From: Alphaproteobacteria bacterium
GTDB taxonomy: Bacteria > Pseudomonadota > Alphaproteobacteria > Rickettsiales > SXRF01
DNA length: 64,000 nt
NCBI GenBank assembly: GCA_025360605.1
Contig: JANYBV010000040.1
Location: forward strand, 2,193 to 66,192
Direction: 5' to 3'
Positions 36,594-45,967 of the stretch are shown in pieces (positions within the stretch are counted from its first letter, which is position 1; the number at the start of each line of letters is the position of its first letter). The position numbers and the translations under genes are program-made. Under the pieces are notes generated by a model. It was not told where the DNA came from. It ran no database searches and was given only the letters and a program-made list of their open reading frames with translations.

Positions 36594-37385
36594 ATGACCG
36601 ATTCCATATCCACAATACACGCGCCACCGCCCGCCATTGACACACCTGCTGTGCAATATGCGCATGCTTCGACGCATCCTGCGGCTGCGAAGACAGATGC
36701 CGTGGCTAATGCGACTTTAATCAACCAGATGGCCGTGGCTTCGGCGGAAAATGCCGCAATCACCAACGATATATTGATGTTAGGCAACACTCAGGCGAAC
36801 ACGCAGGCAGATATTCATGCCCATGAAGGAGTGGTGAATCTGGATACCACGACATTTTTATTGCTCAATAACCTCAGTGCATCGCTTGGGGCAGGGACTA
36901 TTGGTGGCAACCTTACTGCCGAGCAGTTGCAGGCCTCCGATATATTACAGCAAGACGTGCTCGGGCTGGAACAAGCTGCTCAGTCCACCACCCATATTGC
37001 TTTGACAGATGCTGCAAGCACCGTTGATCTCAGCCTTGCTGCGCAAAGCATAGCCAGTGGTATAAGTACGGTTGCCTCCGTCAATACCGCTGCTCCAACG
37101 TCGGATTTGAATGCTCTCACGCCCACGCAGCTGAAGCAACTTTCGGCCATACTTGCGCCGGTTGCCAACCAGCCGCTGACACAGGCACTGTTGACGCAGA
37201 TACAATCGCAATTGGCGGCAATACAGGTGCTTCCGCAGCAGCTCACGTTAAGCACTATTTTTCTGGTACAAAATTATATGGCGGGGGAACACACAACGAA
37301 TAGCTCCATACAGAAAAAGAAAGAAACCGTTACCCCTGTTGGATCTATCGATAAGGTTGCTTCTGAAGACGTCGCTATTATTTAA
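36594..37385 (+). CDS. hypothetical Ala/Thr/Gln-rich protein
   Basis: 263 aa from the ATG at 36594; the ORF track's TTG at 36570 falls inside the putative -10 box. No TM or signal sequence. No family recognised. Confidence 0.45.
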   Translation: MTDSISTIHAPPPAIDTPAVQYAHASTHPAAAKTDAVANATLINQMAVASAENAAITNDILMLGNTQANTQADIHAHEGVVNLDTTTFLLLNNLSASLGAGTIGGNLTAEQLQASDILQQDVLGLEQAAQSTTHIALTDAASTVDLSLAAQSIASGISTVASVNTAAPTSDLNALTPTQLKQLSAILAPVANQPLTQALLTQIQSQLAAIQVLPQQLTLSTIFLVQNYMAGEHTTNSSIQKKKETVTPVGSIDKVASEDVAII

Positions 37386-37601
37386 GCACACGGTCACGCC
37401 TGAATATGCTGACTTTATCGTGTCCATAGTGAAATGATCTCCGTAAAATATGCCAAAAACTCCAGAAAATTAGTGGGTTGATAGGGTTAATGTCTTCCAT
37501 ACGTTATTCTGGGATAAAAGCTTAACAAAATCGTCATAAAATGCCTGCACAGGTCTGCTATATTTACAGCTAGCTCAAACCATATTTAAATGAGATTGAA
37601 T

Positions 37602-37721
37602 ATGAAAACTTCTAATAAAAAAACGATGGTGCTGAACGCTCTGCTTCTGGTGTCGCTACTCATGCTGACAGGCTGCATGAAGGGCTTTTTTATGCTCGGC
37701 GGCCATCATTATCATCGATGA
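37602..37721 (+). CDS. possible small lipoprotein (39 aa)
   Basis: MKTSNKKTMVLNALLLVSLLMLTGC... with lipobox LTGC. Not in the ORF track because it is under 60 aa. Ends 13 nt before the putative att repeat. Confidence 0.35.
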   Translation: MKTSNKKTMVLNALLLVSLLMLTGCMKGFFMLGGHHYHR

Positions 37722-37734
37722 TATAAAATGATAC

Positions 37735-37750
37735 TATGGCGGGCGGAGAC
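37735..37750. repeat. putative distal att repeat matching the tRNA-Ser 3' end
   Basis: tatggcgg-gcggagac here, against tatggcggagcggagagg at 42331-48. This gives 8+7 matching nt with a 1-nt gap, in direct orientation. Confidence 0.35.
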
Positions 37751-37810
37751 CAGCCTAACAATGCTCTGTAATCCATTATAGCAGCCATTTTCAAAATTTC
37801 CTCTCAAAAA

Positions 37811-37831
37811 TCTACTCGCATTTCTACTCGC
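37811..37831. repeat. tandem 9-bp direct repeats (candidate integrase arm-type sites), left end
   Basis: TCTACTCGC-att-TCTACTCGC. Compare TCTACCCGT-aaa-TCTACCCGT at 42200-42220, with the same 12-nt spacing and orientation. Confidence 0.45.
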
Positions 37832-37884
37832 GTATGGGTTGGCTTGTAGGCTACTTTACCGGATGAAAATGGAGGTGCTACCCA

Positions 37885-38631
37885 TCATTTTTTAATAAGG
37901 ACTATTATATTTTTTCCATATTTAGATAAAAGAAACCCGTTGCCTTCACCAATACCGCGCACTTCCTTTAACTGATTTTCAGTAATGGGTTTATAGCGGG
38001 AAAATGCTAATAGCAGCCTGTCAGGCAGGTATCGCATCTGGCTATTGGGTAATGTTTTGCGCCATGTCTTCAGTCTGGCAAGGATGGCGTGGCCTTGTGT
38101 ATCATCAGTATCCGGTGGAAAACTGGAATACCAGTGGCAAGCGCTTTTATCAACGTTACCATACGGTTTGTAACGTGAGCATTCAATATAAGGTTCATCA
38201 TCTTTGTTGAATACGTTAACAACAGTTGGCCTCTCACATTTGGGACATTGCTTATACTCAGGGGGAATGGTCGGAAGTTTTGCGGCAGGTTTGGCCATTG
38301 CCTCTTGCGTTTTGGCTTCGATACAATCTAAGCAGGTGTCAGGTTCAGGTTTCTTTTCCAGATATATCAACGATAATGGCGCATGGTTGCAGGCTTCGCC
38401 CTTGCATCGCTTGATGGTAGATATCAGAATAATATCACGTTTTCCGTCCGGGTGTTTGATGTTGGCTGCTTTTTTCCTACATTTTGTACAGGGAAGTTTG
38501 TCAAATAGCTTGCCAGCGGTGGCGGCGGTAATTTCTGTATCAAAGGACTCTGCCCACTGTGAGCGCATTACTCGGGCTTCATGGCCGCAGGCAGAACAGG
38601 TACAAGTTACGAAGTCTAGTTCCATTGTCAT
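37885..38631 (-). CDS. multi-zinc-ribbon protein with HRDC-like C-terminus
   Basis: 248 aa. CxxC pairs (CSACG, CTKCR, CLDCI, CPKCE) plus further Cys/His. The C-terminal LARLKTWRKTL...LPDRLLLAFSRYKPITENQLKEVRGIGEGNGFLLSKYGKNII resembles an HRDC domain. Starts 32 nt downstream of hsdR. Confidence 0.55.
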   Translation of the reverse strand: MTMELDFVTCTCSACGHEARVMRSQWAESFDTEITAATAGKLFDKLPCTKCRKKAANIKHPDGKRDIILISTIKRCKGEACNHAPLSLIYLEKKPEPDTCLDCIEAKTQEAMAKPAAKLPTIPPEYKQCPKCERPTVVNVFNKDDEPYIECSRYKPYGNVDKSACHWYSSFPPDTDDTQGHAILARLKTWRKTLPNSQMRYLPDRLLLAFSRYKPITENQLKEVRGIGEGNGFLLSKYGKNIIVLIKK

Positions 38632-38663
38632 AGCATATCCTGTTGTATCAGAGATTCCCTAAT

Positions 38664-41600
38664 TCACAGATTTTCATAGATATTCTGATGAGCATTTGGA
38701 TAGTTATCATATAAATGCACATAAATATTATCGCACTTATTTTTGAAAATATCTGAATTATAAACCTCTGGCAGCTTATCGCACACCTCCTCAATGGTAC
38801 TAACCACCTTGGCTCTGGTTGATTGTCTTTTCCGCCAATCGAAAATCAACCGTTCTTTCTTGAGCTTATCTAGCAACTCCTTTGCCACCTCTTTCACAGC
38901 TTCTATTTCGCTTTTGGATAGCTTGGGTTCGGGCTTTGTCAGTATATCAAATATCACAAGCTCTTCTTCTGTAAGGTTTTCCCTTACATGACGGGTTTCT
39001 TCCTCGCTTAATGCCCTAGATTGCTTCATAAGCTCCAAGAAAAGCTTCTCTGCATCAATATCGCCAGCATTATAGCTATCAATAAGCTGCTCATACTGTT
39101 CAAGATAGGATTCTCTTGAACCGTTCATTTGAAGAAGTTCTTTTATTTTGCGCTTAATAGATGACTTTAGCAGCTCCAATGTAGTCTTTTGACTATCGGC
39201 ACTAAAAAAGCGCTCTTTTAATTCATCAAAATCAACTTGGGTAATATCAAAAGGCTTGGTAGCTTTTATTTCATAATCGTCAATGGTAATGGATTCATCA
39301 AGCAATGATGCCACTTTTTCCGATAGTGCTTCAATTTTCTTTCTTTCTTTTTCCTTGTCTTCCGGGCTTTGCGGGGAGGAAATTTCCCGCACCTTTTCGG
39401 CAATAATGGATATAGCTAATGTTGGCTTCAAATATTTCTCAGCACGGACATCGGGTAAAATAGCGTTTAACAGGGCTTTAACCTTGCCAGCCAAATTAAA
39501 GAAATCTTCTTTTGATTTTTCATTTTCCAGTATGTGTTCAACTGCATCATCTACCAGTTTGATTCTATGGAAAGTATCCTTTTCATTGAATATAGCTTCT
39601 AGGCTCACCCCTTTTTTCTTCAAATAGGTTTTTATATCCAAAGAAGCATTAGCAAGCATCCGAACAAGCTCATTCTTATCTTCTATTGGATTGCTATCCT
39701 CACCAGAGCCAGTAATTTCCGCTTTTCCATATATGGCTAGGGCTTTCTGCAACTGCTGGAAAATACCGATATAGTCAATAATCATACCGTCTGGCTTATC
39801 TTTCCAAACCCTATTCGCCCGCGCCATAGTCTGCATGAGGGTATGGTCTTTAAGAATCTTGTCTAAATACAAGGTCGAAACGCTGGGCGCGTCAAAACCT
39901 GTAATCCACATGGCACACACAAAAACCAGCCTAAGATTACTATCCGTCGCTTTGAACTTTTCTGCTAAATCCTCACTATTCATGCGCTTTCTATGAGGCG
40001 TTATATCAACACCCTTCTTTTTAAGAGCCTCAACCTCATTTTGAGCGGATGAAACGATAACAGCCATATCCGTATCAACCATATATTGCCGCTTATCTAT
40101 AAGCGTTTGCCTATGGCTTGGGTCACAAGTTAAAAGCTGTTTTTCCAGCTTATCTATATAAACTTTCCAGTGCTTTTGCACTTTATCATACATTTTAACA
40201 GCGGTAGCCTTGTCTATGGCGATATACATCGCCTTTCCCATGAATCCCCTGTTAATGAAATGTTCAACCACATCCGCTGCTATTTTTTCAAGGCGGTCAT
40301 CCCTCGTAATGAGTTCGTAGGTTTTGACATAAGTCTTAGCGAATCGTTCTTCCTGTTCATCGGTCAAATCCGCTTCATCAATAATTGCTTTGATGTCATC
40401 ATCAAGTTTCTTATTCACTATCTGAAGTTCTGGAATACGGTTTTCATAGAACAACTTAACTGTTGCATTATCTCCAACAGATTGCGTGAAATTATAAACA
40501 CTTACATAATCGCCAAATACATCTTTGGTTTTCTCATCACCACGCATTAGCGGTGTACCCGTAAAGGCAAGGAATGAAGCATTAGGGAGGGCTTTCCGCA
40601 TATTCATAGCCAGCACGTTATACTGGCTTCTGTGCGCTTCATCGGTAATTACAATGATGTCATCACGGCTGGATATTTCCCCAAAACTCTCGCCTTTGGT
40701 TTCAGTGCCAAATTTCTGAATCATGGTGAAGATATTCCGGTGGTCTTCTGATAACAGTTTTTTTAAGTTTTCCCTGCTGGTGGCTCGCACATCTTTTTCA
40801 GTAACTGCACCAGAGGCAACAAAGTTCTTATAGATCTGGCTGTCTAAGTCTTCACGGTCAGTAACGATTAGGAAAGTCCAGTTGCCTTGCAATTTTCGCA
40901 ATATTTTTTGCGTCAAAAAAACCATAGAAAAACTTTTGCCGCTGCCCTGTGTATGCCAGAAAACCCCAAGCTTTCCATCCAATTTCTTCCGGCTCTTAAC
41001 GGCTTCAATTGTGTTATTTACGCCTAAATACTGATGATTCTTCGCTATGATTTTAGCAACGCCGCCTTTGCCTTCCATGTAGAGAACAAAGTTTTCAATA
41101 ATATCCAGCAGCCGTGAAGGCTCAAAAACACCTCTAATAACGGTATCGAGCGAAATAATCCCTGTTTCACCCTCAGAGTTTATTTTCTTCCATTCTGAAA
41201 AATGCTCCCAGTCAGAAGTGATAGAGCCGATTTTAGTGGCTGAACCGTTGGAAACCACAATCAGGGCGTTATACCAAAACAGCTGGGGTATCTCTTTTTT
41301 GTAGTGGGTTATGTTATCGTTAAAACCGTTTATCAGATGTTTGTGCGAGGCTTTAAGCTCAATCAGCACTAAGGGAAGGCCATTAATAAAAATGATCAAA
41401 TCCGCTCTGCAATTATACATTTCGCCGGAAATCTTAAATTGCCGCACAATCAGGAAATCATTGTTTGCTGGTATGTTCCAATCAATCACTTTTACTGTGG
41501 CTTGCTGTTCTATACCGTTATGATCTTTGTAGTTTGCCAGCACCCCGTCTTTAAACAGCTTATAGAAGTCTTCATTAGCTCGTACCACGCTCAGGGCGGC

Positions 41601-41846
41601 CTTGCCCTCACACAGGGCATACAGGGCATTGTCTATGGCTTCATTTGGCAAATCAGGGTTGAGCATAGCAAGGGTGGCTTTTAAATAGCGAGGCAAAACC
41701 ACTTCTTCAGGGGTTTTTCTGCCAAACGTGCCATCATCGCCAAACACCTCAGCAGAAGCATCAAAGGACTGGTAGCTGCCAAGTGCCAAGACTTTCTTGA
41801 TAGCCTCAAGTTCTAATGATTCTTCTGAAAAATCGTGCTTTGCCAT
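38664..41846 (-). CDS. hsdR: type I restriction enzyme R subunit
   Basis: 1060 aa. N-terminal nuclease motif ADLIIFINGLPLVLIELK. Helicase motifs HTQGSGKS, VITDEAHRSQ, AFTGTP and QTMARANR. Long helical C-terminus. Apparently intact. Confidence 0.9.
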   Translation of the reverse strand: MAKHDFSEESLELEAIKKVLALGSYQSFDASAEVFGDDGTFGRKTPEEVVLPRYLKATLAMLNPDLPNEAIDNALYALCEGKAALSVVRANEDFYKLFKDGVLANYKDHNGIEQQATVKVIDWNIPANNDFLIVRQFKISGEMYNCRADLIIFINGLPLVLIELKASHKHLINGFNDNITHYKKEIPQLFWYNALIVVSNGSATKIGSITSDWEHFSEWKKINSEGETGIISLDTVIRGVFEPSRLLDIIENFVLYMEGKGGVAKIIAKNHQYLGVNNTIEAVKSRKKLDGKLGVFWHTQGSGKSFSMVFLTQKILRKLQGNWTFLIVTDREDLDSQIYKNFVASGAVTEKDVRATSRENLKKLLSEDHRNIFTMIQKFGTETKGESFGEISSRDDIIVITDEAHRSQYNVLAMNMRKALPNASFLAFTGTPLMRGDEKTKDVFGDYVSVYNFTQSVGDNATVKLFYENRIPELQIVNKKLDDDIKAIIDEADLTDEQEERFAKTYVKTYELITRDDRLEKIAADVVEHFINRGFMGKAMYIAIDKATAVKMYDKVQKHWKVYIDKLEKQLLTCDPSHRQTLIDKRQYMVDTDMAVIVSSAQNEVEALKKKGVDITPHRKRMNSEDLAEKFKATDSNLRLVFVCAMWITGFDAPSVSTLYLDKILKDHTLMQTMARANRVWKDKPDGMIIDYIGIFQQLQKALAIYGKAEITGSGEDSNPIEDKNELVRMLANASLDIKTYLKKKGVSLEAIFNEKDTFHRIKLVDDAVEHILENEKSKEDFFNLAGKVKALLNAILPDVRAEKYLKPTLAISIIAEKVREISSPQSPEDKEKERKKIEALSEKVASLLDESITIDDYEIKATKPFDITQVDFDELKERFFSADSQKTTLELLKSSIKRKIKELLQMNGSRESYLEQYEQLIDSYNAGDIDAEKLFLELMKQSRALSEEETRHVRENLTEEELVIFDILTKPEPKLSKSEIEAVKEVAKELLDKLKKERLIFDWRKRQSTRAKVVSTIEEVCDKLPEVYNSDIFKNKCDNIYVHLYDNYPNAHQNIYENL

Positions 41847-41979
41847 CGCTACGCACCTTGTCTTATTGCAAATTTTTCAAAGTAATGTTCCACTATGAAG
41901 TTAACTAATGTTTTTGAGGTATTGACTGCCAGAAGGGCATCTTTTTGAGTAGGAATATGTGAAATATTGTGGGCATCAC

Positions 41980-42168
41980 TCATCCCGTGGCGTAAAAGCG
42001 ATATTTACCCAGCGCCAGCATTTGCTCTTTACCCTGATAATAATAGCGCCAGCGCCAGTTCTTTCCGCCAGCCGGGGTGATCTCAAGGCACAGGCCATCA
42101 CCATCTGAGACGCGATATAACTTTGATTTTGCCTTTAGGTGCTTAATCGCCATTTCGGTGAGTGCCAT
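41980..42168 (-). pseudogene. N-terminal fragment of a P4-type tyrosine integrase
   Basis: MALTEMAIKHLKAKSKLYRVSDGDGLCLEITPAGGKNWRWRYYYQGKEQMLALGKY matches the Arm-binding (DUF4102-type) domain. It then terminates, and the catalytic domain is absent. Confidence 0.65.
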
Positions 42169-42199
42169 GTTAGAATCCTCTGGTAGTTGCAAGGGTAAT

Positions 42200-42220
42200 T
42201 CTACCCGTAAATCTACCCGT
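42200..42220. repeat. tandem 9-bp direct repeats (candidate arm-type sites), tRNA-proximal end
   Basis: TCTACCCGT-aaa-TCTACCCGT, between the integrase fragment and tRNA-Ser. Confidence 0.45.
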
Positions 42221-42332
42221 ATTCTTTTTGGCTTGCAACACGTCTCTTTGGACACCAAAGGACATCAATCATTGTTTTTTATGAAGAATTTGCCATATAC
42301 TGGATTTAGCTGGACGTTATAAAACCAATATA

Positions 42333-42424
42333 TGGCGGAGCGGAGAGGATTCGAACCTCCGATAAGTTGTTACACCTATAACGGTTTAGCAAACCGCCGC
42401 CTTCGGCCACTCGGCCACCGCTCC
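42333..42424 (-). tRNA. tRNA-Ser (anticodon GCU)
   Basis: The reverse complement folds as a cloverleaf. Acceptor stem GGAGCGG/CCGCTCC, anticodon loop TTGCTAA, long variable arm, T-loop GGTTCGAATCC, and an encoded CCA. Confidence 0.9.
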
Positions 42425-42584
42425 ACACAGTAACTATATTCAGGGCTATTGCTGGTAACCCCACGACCCGAATCTATAATTTTCCGAAGTCAGAGCAAGC
42501 AATCACCAGATAATAGCGCCTTTGTCAACACCCTACTTACGAAGTCTCTCCCCATTAGGATAACGAATATATCAACCTATTGAT

Positions 42585-43196
42585 TTAATCGGCGTATTTA
42601 ACCGAGCATCCATAGGCTTGGGTGGACGCAGTTTCCACTGATTTTCCTGCCAAAAGACTATCAACGGCGGCTTTCACATAATTCTTTGCGCCCTTGAGGG
42701 ATTCAGGGTCGGTGGTTGGCTTGTCGTCAATCGCGCCCATGTAGGCAATGTTGCCTTTTTTGTCGATCACGAACATATGCGGGGTGGATTTAGCACCGTA
42801 CAATTTGCCGATGGAGCCTTCCGGATCGAGGATGTAATGGGTGGAGGCAAGTTTTTGGGCGGTGATAAATTCCTTAGCTTGTTCGGTGGTCATATTGCCC
42901 TGACGGTCCGGCGCGCCGGAATTCACCGTTAACCAGACCACACCTTTCTTAGTGGCATAGGATTGGAGCTTCTGCATGCTGCCTGTGTCATAATGTTTTT
43001 TGACAAACGGACAACCCGGATTGTTCCATTCGACCACGACCACTTTACCAGCGAAATCGGATGGCTTGACGGTTGCGCCGTCCACTGCGGTGGCGGTGAA
43101 GTCCGGTGCAGGTTTGCCTAGTTCCGGTGCTGCGTTGGCAGCCATTGGCATCAGTAAGAACAAGGTGGATAGAAGTACATGTAGGTGACGGCGCAT
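42585..43196 (-). CDS. periplasmic thioredoxin-fold redoxin (AhpC/TSA, PRX-like)
   Basis: Signal peptide. Segment FAGKVVVVEWNNPGCPFVKKHY and a redoxin-like fold pattern. Immediately downstream of the DsbD-like gene. Confidence 0.7.
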   Translation of the reverse strand: MRRHLHVLLSTLFLLMPMAANAAPELGKPAPDFTATAVDGATVKPSDFAGKVVVVEWNNPGCPFVKKHYDTGSMQKLQSYATKKGVVWLTVNSGAPDRQGNMTTEQAKEFITAQKLASTHYILDPEGSIGKLYGAKSTPHMFVIDKKGNIAYMGAIDDKPTTDPESLKGAKNYVKAAVDSLLAGKSVETASTQAYGCSVKYAD

Positions 43197-43197
43197 T

Positions 43198-45330
43198 TTA
43201 CTCTCCTTTGATGGTGTCGATAACGAGTGATTCGGTTAGTATTTGTGGCATAATGATGGGTTTTTTCCCGCCAGCCGGATAAAAGACACACAACGGAACG
43301 CCCTTATACCCGAAGCTGCTGAGAAAATCGGTGATAGTGTCGTTGCGCTTCGTCCAGTCGGCGATCATGAGCGTCACGCCTTTTTCTTTGAATATTTTCA
43401 TCGTGGCATCGGTGTGTAGCGCCACGCGGGCATTGACCTGACAGGTGATGCACCATGCGGCGGTGGCATCAACAAATACGGGTTTTCCTTCCTTCACCAG
43501 CTCGTCCAGCTTCTCTTTGGAGTATTCCACAGTTTCAACCCCATGCTCGGCATGCCCCCCCGGAAGGGCGGCAGTGGCGACTTCCATGCTGCCGAGTTCT
43601 GGCAGGGTGCAAAGCAGCAAGAGGGCGTAGAGTGCCAGCGCGGTGAAGGTGTAGGCCTTGCTGCCTTCTTGAAATAAGGACTTCATCCAGATGACCACCA
43701 CGATCAGCAACATGCTGCTTAGCGCCACGACCATGCCGCCTGCGCCTGTTTGCAGGGTTAGCACCCACATCAGCCAGATCACCGAGGCATACATCGGGAA
43801 AGCAATAAGCTGCTTGAATGTGTCCATCCATGCTCCGGGTTTAGGCAGGAATTTGCGTAGGCGTGGAAACAAACTAATCAGCAAAAAGGGCAGGGCGAGG
43901 CCAAATCCCAGCGCTTCAAACACCAGCAATGCCTGCAACGGCGGCATGGTAAGGGCAGCACCCACGGCTGATGCCATGAACGGGGCGGTGCAGGGGGTGG
44001 CGACGGCGGTGGCTAATACGCCGGTGAAGAAACTACCGCGCGTGGATGATTCATTAGCGATATCGCCGCCAACATTGCCTAACAATACGGGCAAGTGAAA
44101 TACACCAGACAAGCTCAGCCCCACCATGAACAGCAGGTAAATAAGGAAAGCGACAAAGGCGGGCGATTGCATCTGGTAACCCCAGCCGACGGATTCACCC
44201 GTGTTACGCAGTATGAGCAAAATACTGGCGATGACGGTGAAGGTCAGCAAGATACCCAGCGTATAGGCAACGCCCTGAGCGACGACATGCTCATGCTTGC
44301 CACCACCCTTTTTAGCGATAGCGAGAGCTTTTAAAGACAATATAGGCAACACGCACGGCATCAGGTTCAACACCAGACCGCCGAGTACCGCGAACAGTAG
44401 CACCAACGGAAACCATAAATCCTCCGTTTTATCCTGAGATACAGGAGCAGAGCTGGTGGCTACTGTTGTAGGACTCGTGGCGGTGGGCGTTGCAATGGAG
44501 GGGGCATCAAAGACAACATTGTAATGATGTACGATGCTGTCAGAATTGCTGGTGATGCTTAAAATACCGCTCAAAGCACCCATAGGTTGTTCGTCGGCAT
44601 GAAGCGTTTCAAGTACGAGCATATCTTTTTCCACCGTAAATTTTTGCTCGGCGGCATAGTTCATGATGTTTTGTTCACGGATTGAAAACTGGACGGTTTT
44701 CACATCTTTGATTTTCAGCGCACTTAAAGGGATAGAGAACACCAGCTTGTTTTGCGAGAGTGTGAAGCTGCCGTGGGTTTGAATAGGCTCAGGGCGCGTA
44801 TTACGGTGATCGATAAAGAGTGTGCTATCTCCGGATGCGTGCTGAATGCCATCCGTTGCCGGAAGCGATATCTCTAAATCGGCTGATTCGGGTACACAGA
44901 TGTCCTTACACACCAGCCACTGTGCCTTCACCTTAATAGTATAAGACTCTGAGATTTTTAACGACTCGGGAGGGGTAATGGTTACCGGTAAAAATGCGGT
45001 GGATTTATACGAATAGGTGAGCAATGGACCTTCGGCCAGATGGTCAGGAGCCGGCCAGTCAATTTCTCCCGCTTTAAAACCTTCGGGTAGCGTCCATTTG
45101 AGTTCCGTTGGCATTCCGGCATCGCCCGGATTTTCCCAATAGGTATGCCATTGCGGCTTTGGTTCGAGTATCAGCGCGAGATCGATGGGAGTTCCGGCTT
45201 TCACCGAATCATATTCTGCCACCAGCGTTGCCTTGGTATTTTCAAGCTGTTTAAAGGCCGAACCTTCATCGGCCAGAGCAGGGGAAGCTAACGAGATAAT
45301 TAGAACAAGAAGTGCGGTGAGTCTCGACAT
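43198..45330 (-). CDS. thiol:disulfide interchange protein, DsbD/ScsB family
   Basis: Signal peptide and a large N-terminal periplasmic domain. TM core with NLMPCVLPILSLK and ATPCTAPFM. C-terminal thioredoxin motif AAWCITCQ. The ATG at 45330 has GGAG 6 nt upstream. Confidence 0.8.
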   Translation of the reverse strand: MSRLTALLVLIISLASPALADEGSAFKQLENTKATLVAEYDSVKAGTPIDLALILEPKPQWHTYWENPGDAGMPTELKWTLPEGFKAGEIDWPAPDHLAEGPLLTYSYKSTAFLPVTITPPESLKISESYTIKVKAQWLVCKDICVPESADLEISLPATDGIQHASGDSTLFIDHRNTRPEPIQTHGSFTLSQNKLVFSIPLSALKIKDVKTVQFSIREQNIMNYAAEQKFTVEKDMLVLETLHADEQPMGALSGILSITSNSDSIVHHYNVVFDAPSIATPTATSPTTVATSSAPVSQDKTEDLWFPLVLLFAVLGGLVLNLMPCVLPILSLKALAIAKKGGGKHEHVVAQGVAYTLGILLTFTVIASILLILRNTGESVGWGYQMQSPAFVAFLIYLLFMVGLSLSGVFHLPVLLGNVGGDIANESSTRGSFFTGVLATAVATPCTAPFMASAVGAALTMPPLQALLVFEALGFGLALPFLLISLFPRLRKFLPKPGAWMDTFKQLIAFPMYASVIWLMWVLTLQTGAGGMVVALSSMLLIVVVIWMKSLFQEGSKAYTFTALALYALLLLCTLPELGSMEVATAALPGGHAEHGVETVEYSKEKLDELVKEGKPVFVDATAAWCITCQVNARVALHTDATMKIFKEKGVTLMIADWTKRNDTITDFLSSFGYKGVPLCVFYPAGGKKPIIMPQILTESLVIDTIKGE

Positions 45331-45346
45331 CGGTCGCTCCATTCGA

Positions 45347-45952
45347 TTAATGCTTTAATTTTTCTGCGTCTTTGCGGTTGGTGTCAATGGCTTCCACTTC
45401 AATCTCGATATGCACTCTATCCGCAACCATGGGAATAAGATATGCCATGCCGAAATCAGAACGATTAAGATCAGCTTTGGCGCTGAAGCCTGCAACGTAC
45501 AGATTGGTCACTGGATGATATCCGGCTTTATTAAACGTGACATGCAACGTGAGTGGCTGCGTTTTCCCCAGCATGGTCAGGTTTCCGCTTAGCTCGCCTG
45601 TATGGTCGCCCGTGACCTTTACTTTATCGCTGACAAAATGAATGTCAGGGTAAGCGCTGGTGTTGAAGAAATTTTCTCCCTGCAACACCGTATCGAGTAT
45701 ATCGCTCGTGGTGTGGATGCCTTTGGGGTGGAGGGTGACATCCACGAAACTTGCCTGTGGATTTTCTGGGTCGAATTGAAATGAACCCTCATAGTCGTTG
45801 AATATGCCCAGCATATTCGAAAACCCCAGATGATTGACCAGAAAGAGTATATGGCTATGGCCCTTGTCAAATTCATACCTGTCAATCGCATAAGCCTGCT
45901 GGCTATACAGCAGGGTAAGTGTGGCGATCAGACATTGGGCAAAACGCGGCAT
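45347..45952 (-). CDS. YceI-family periplasmic protein
   Basis: Signal peptide. YEFDKGHSHILFLVNHLGFSNMLGIFNDYEGSFQFD is typical of YceI. Confidence 0.8.
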   Translation of the reverse strand: MPRFAQCLIATLTLLYSQQAYAIDRYEFDKGHSHILFLVNHLGFSNMLGIFNDYEGSFQFDPENPQASFVDVTLHPKGIHTTSDILDTVLQGENFFNTSAYPDIHFVSDKVKVTGDHTGELSGNLTMLGKTQPLTLHVTFNKAGYHPVTNLYVAGFSAKADLNRSDFGMAYLIPMVADRVHIEIEVEAIDTNRKDAEKLKH

Positions 45953-45967
45953 ATAAAACCTTTCTGG

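Larger units (their letters stand above)
37735..42348. mobile_element. decayed tRNA-Ser-associated integrative island (~4.6 kb)
   Basis: Bounded by the tRNA-Ser 3' end and an imperfect direct repeat. Related tandem 9-mers sit near both ends. It carries a truncated P4-type integrase. The hsdR/zinc-ribbon cargo is markedly AT-richer than the flanks. Confidence 0.45.

Noticed and set aside
37602-37721. Small lipoprotein as an entericidin-type toxin
   Set aside because: Only the lipobox is shared and the mature part is unrelated. It is kept as a low-confidence small ORF.
42585-45952. Redoxin-DsbD-YceI block considered as a novel system
   Set aside because: This looks like a conventional Scs/DsbD-type envelope redox cluster. 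The single-Cys GCPFV motif in the redoxin is noted, but I cannot judge from memory whether it is unusual.
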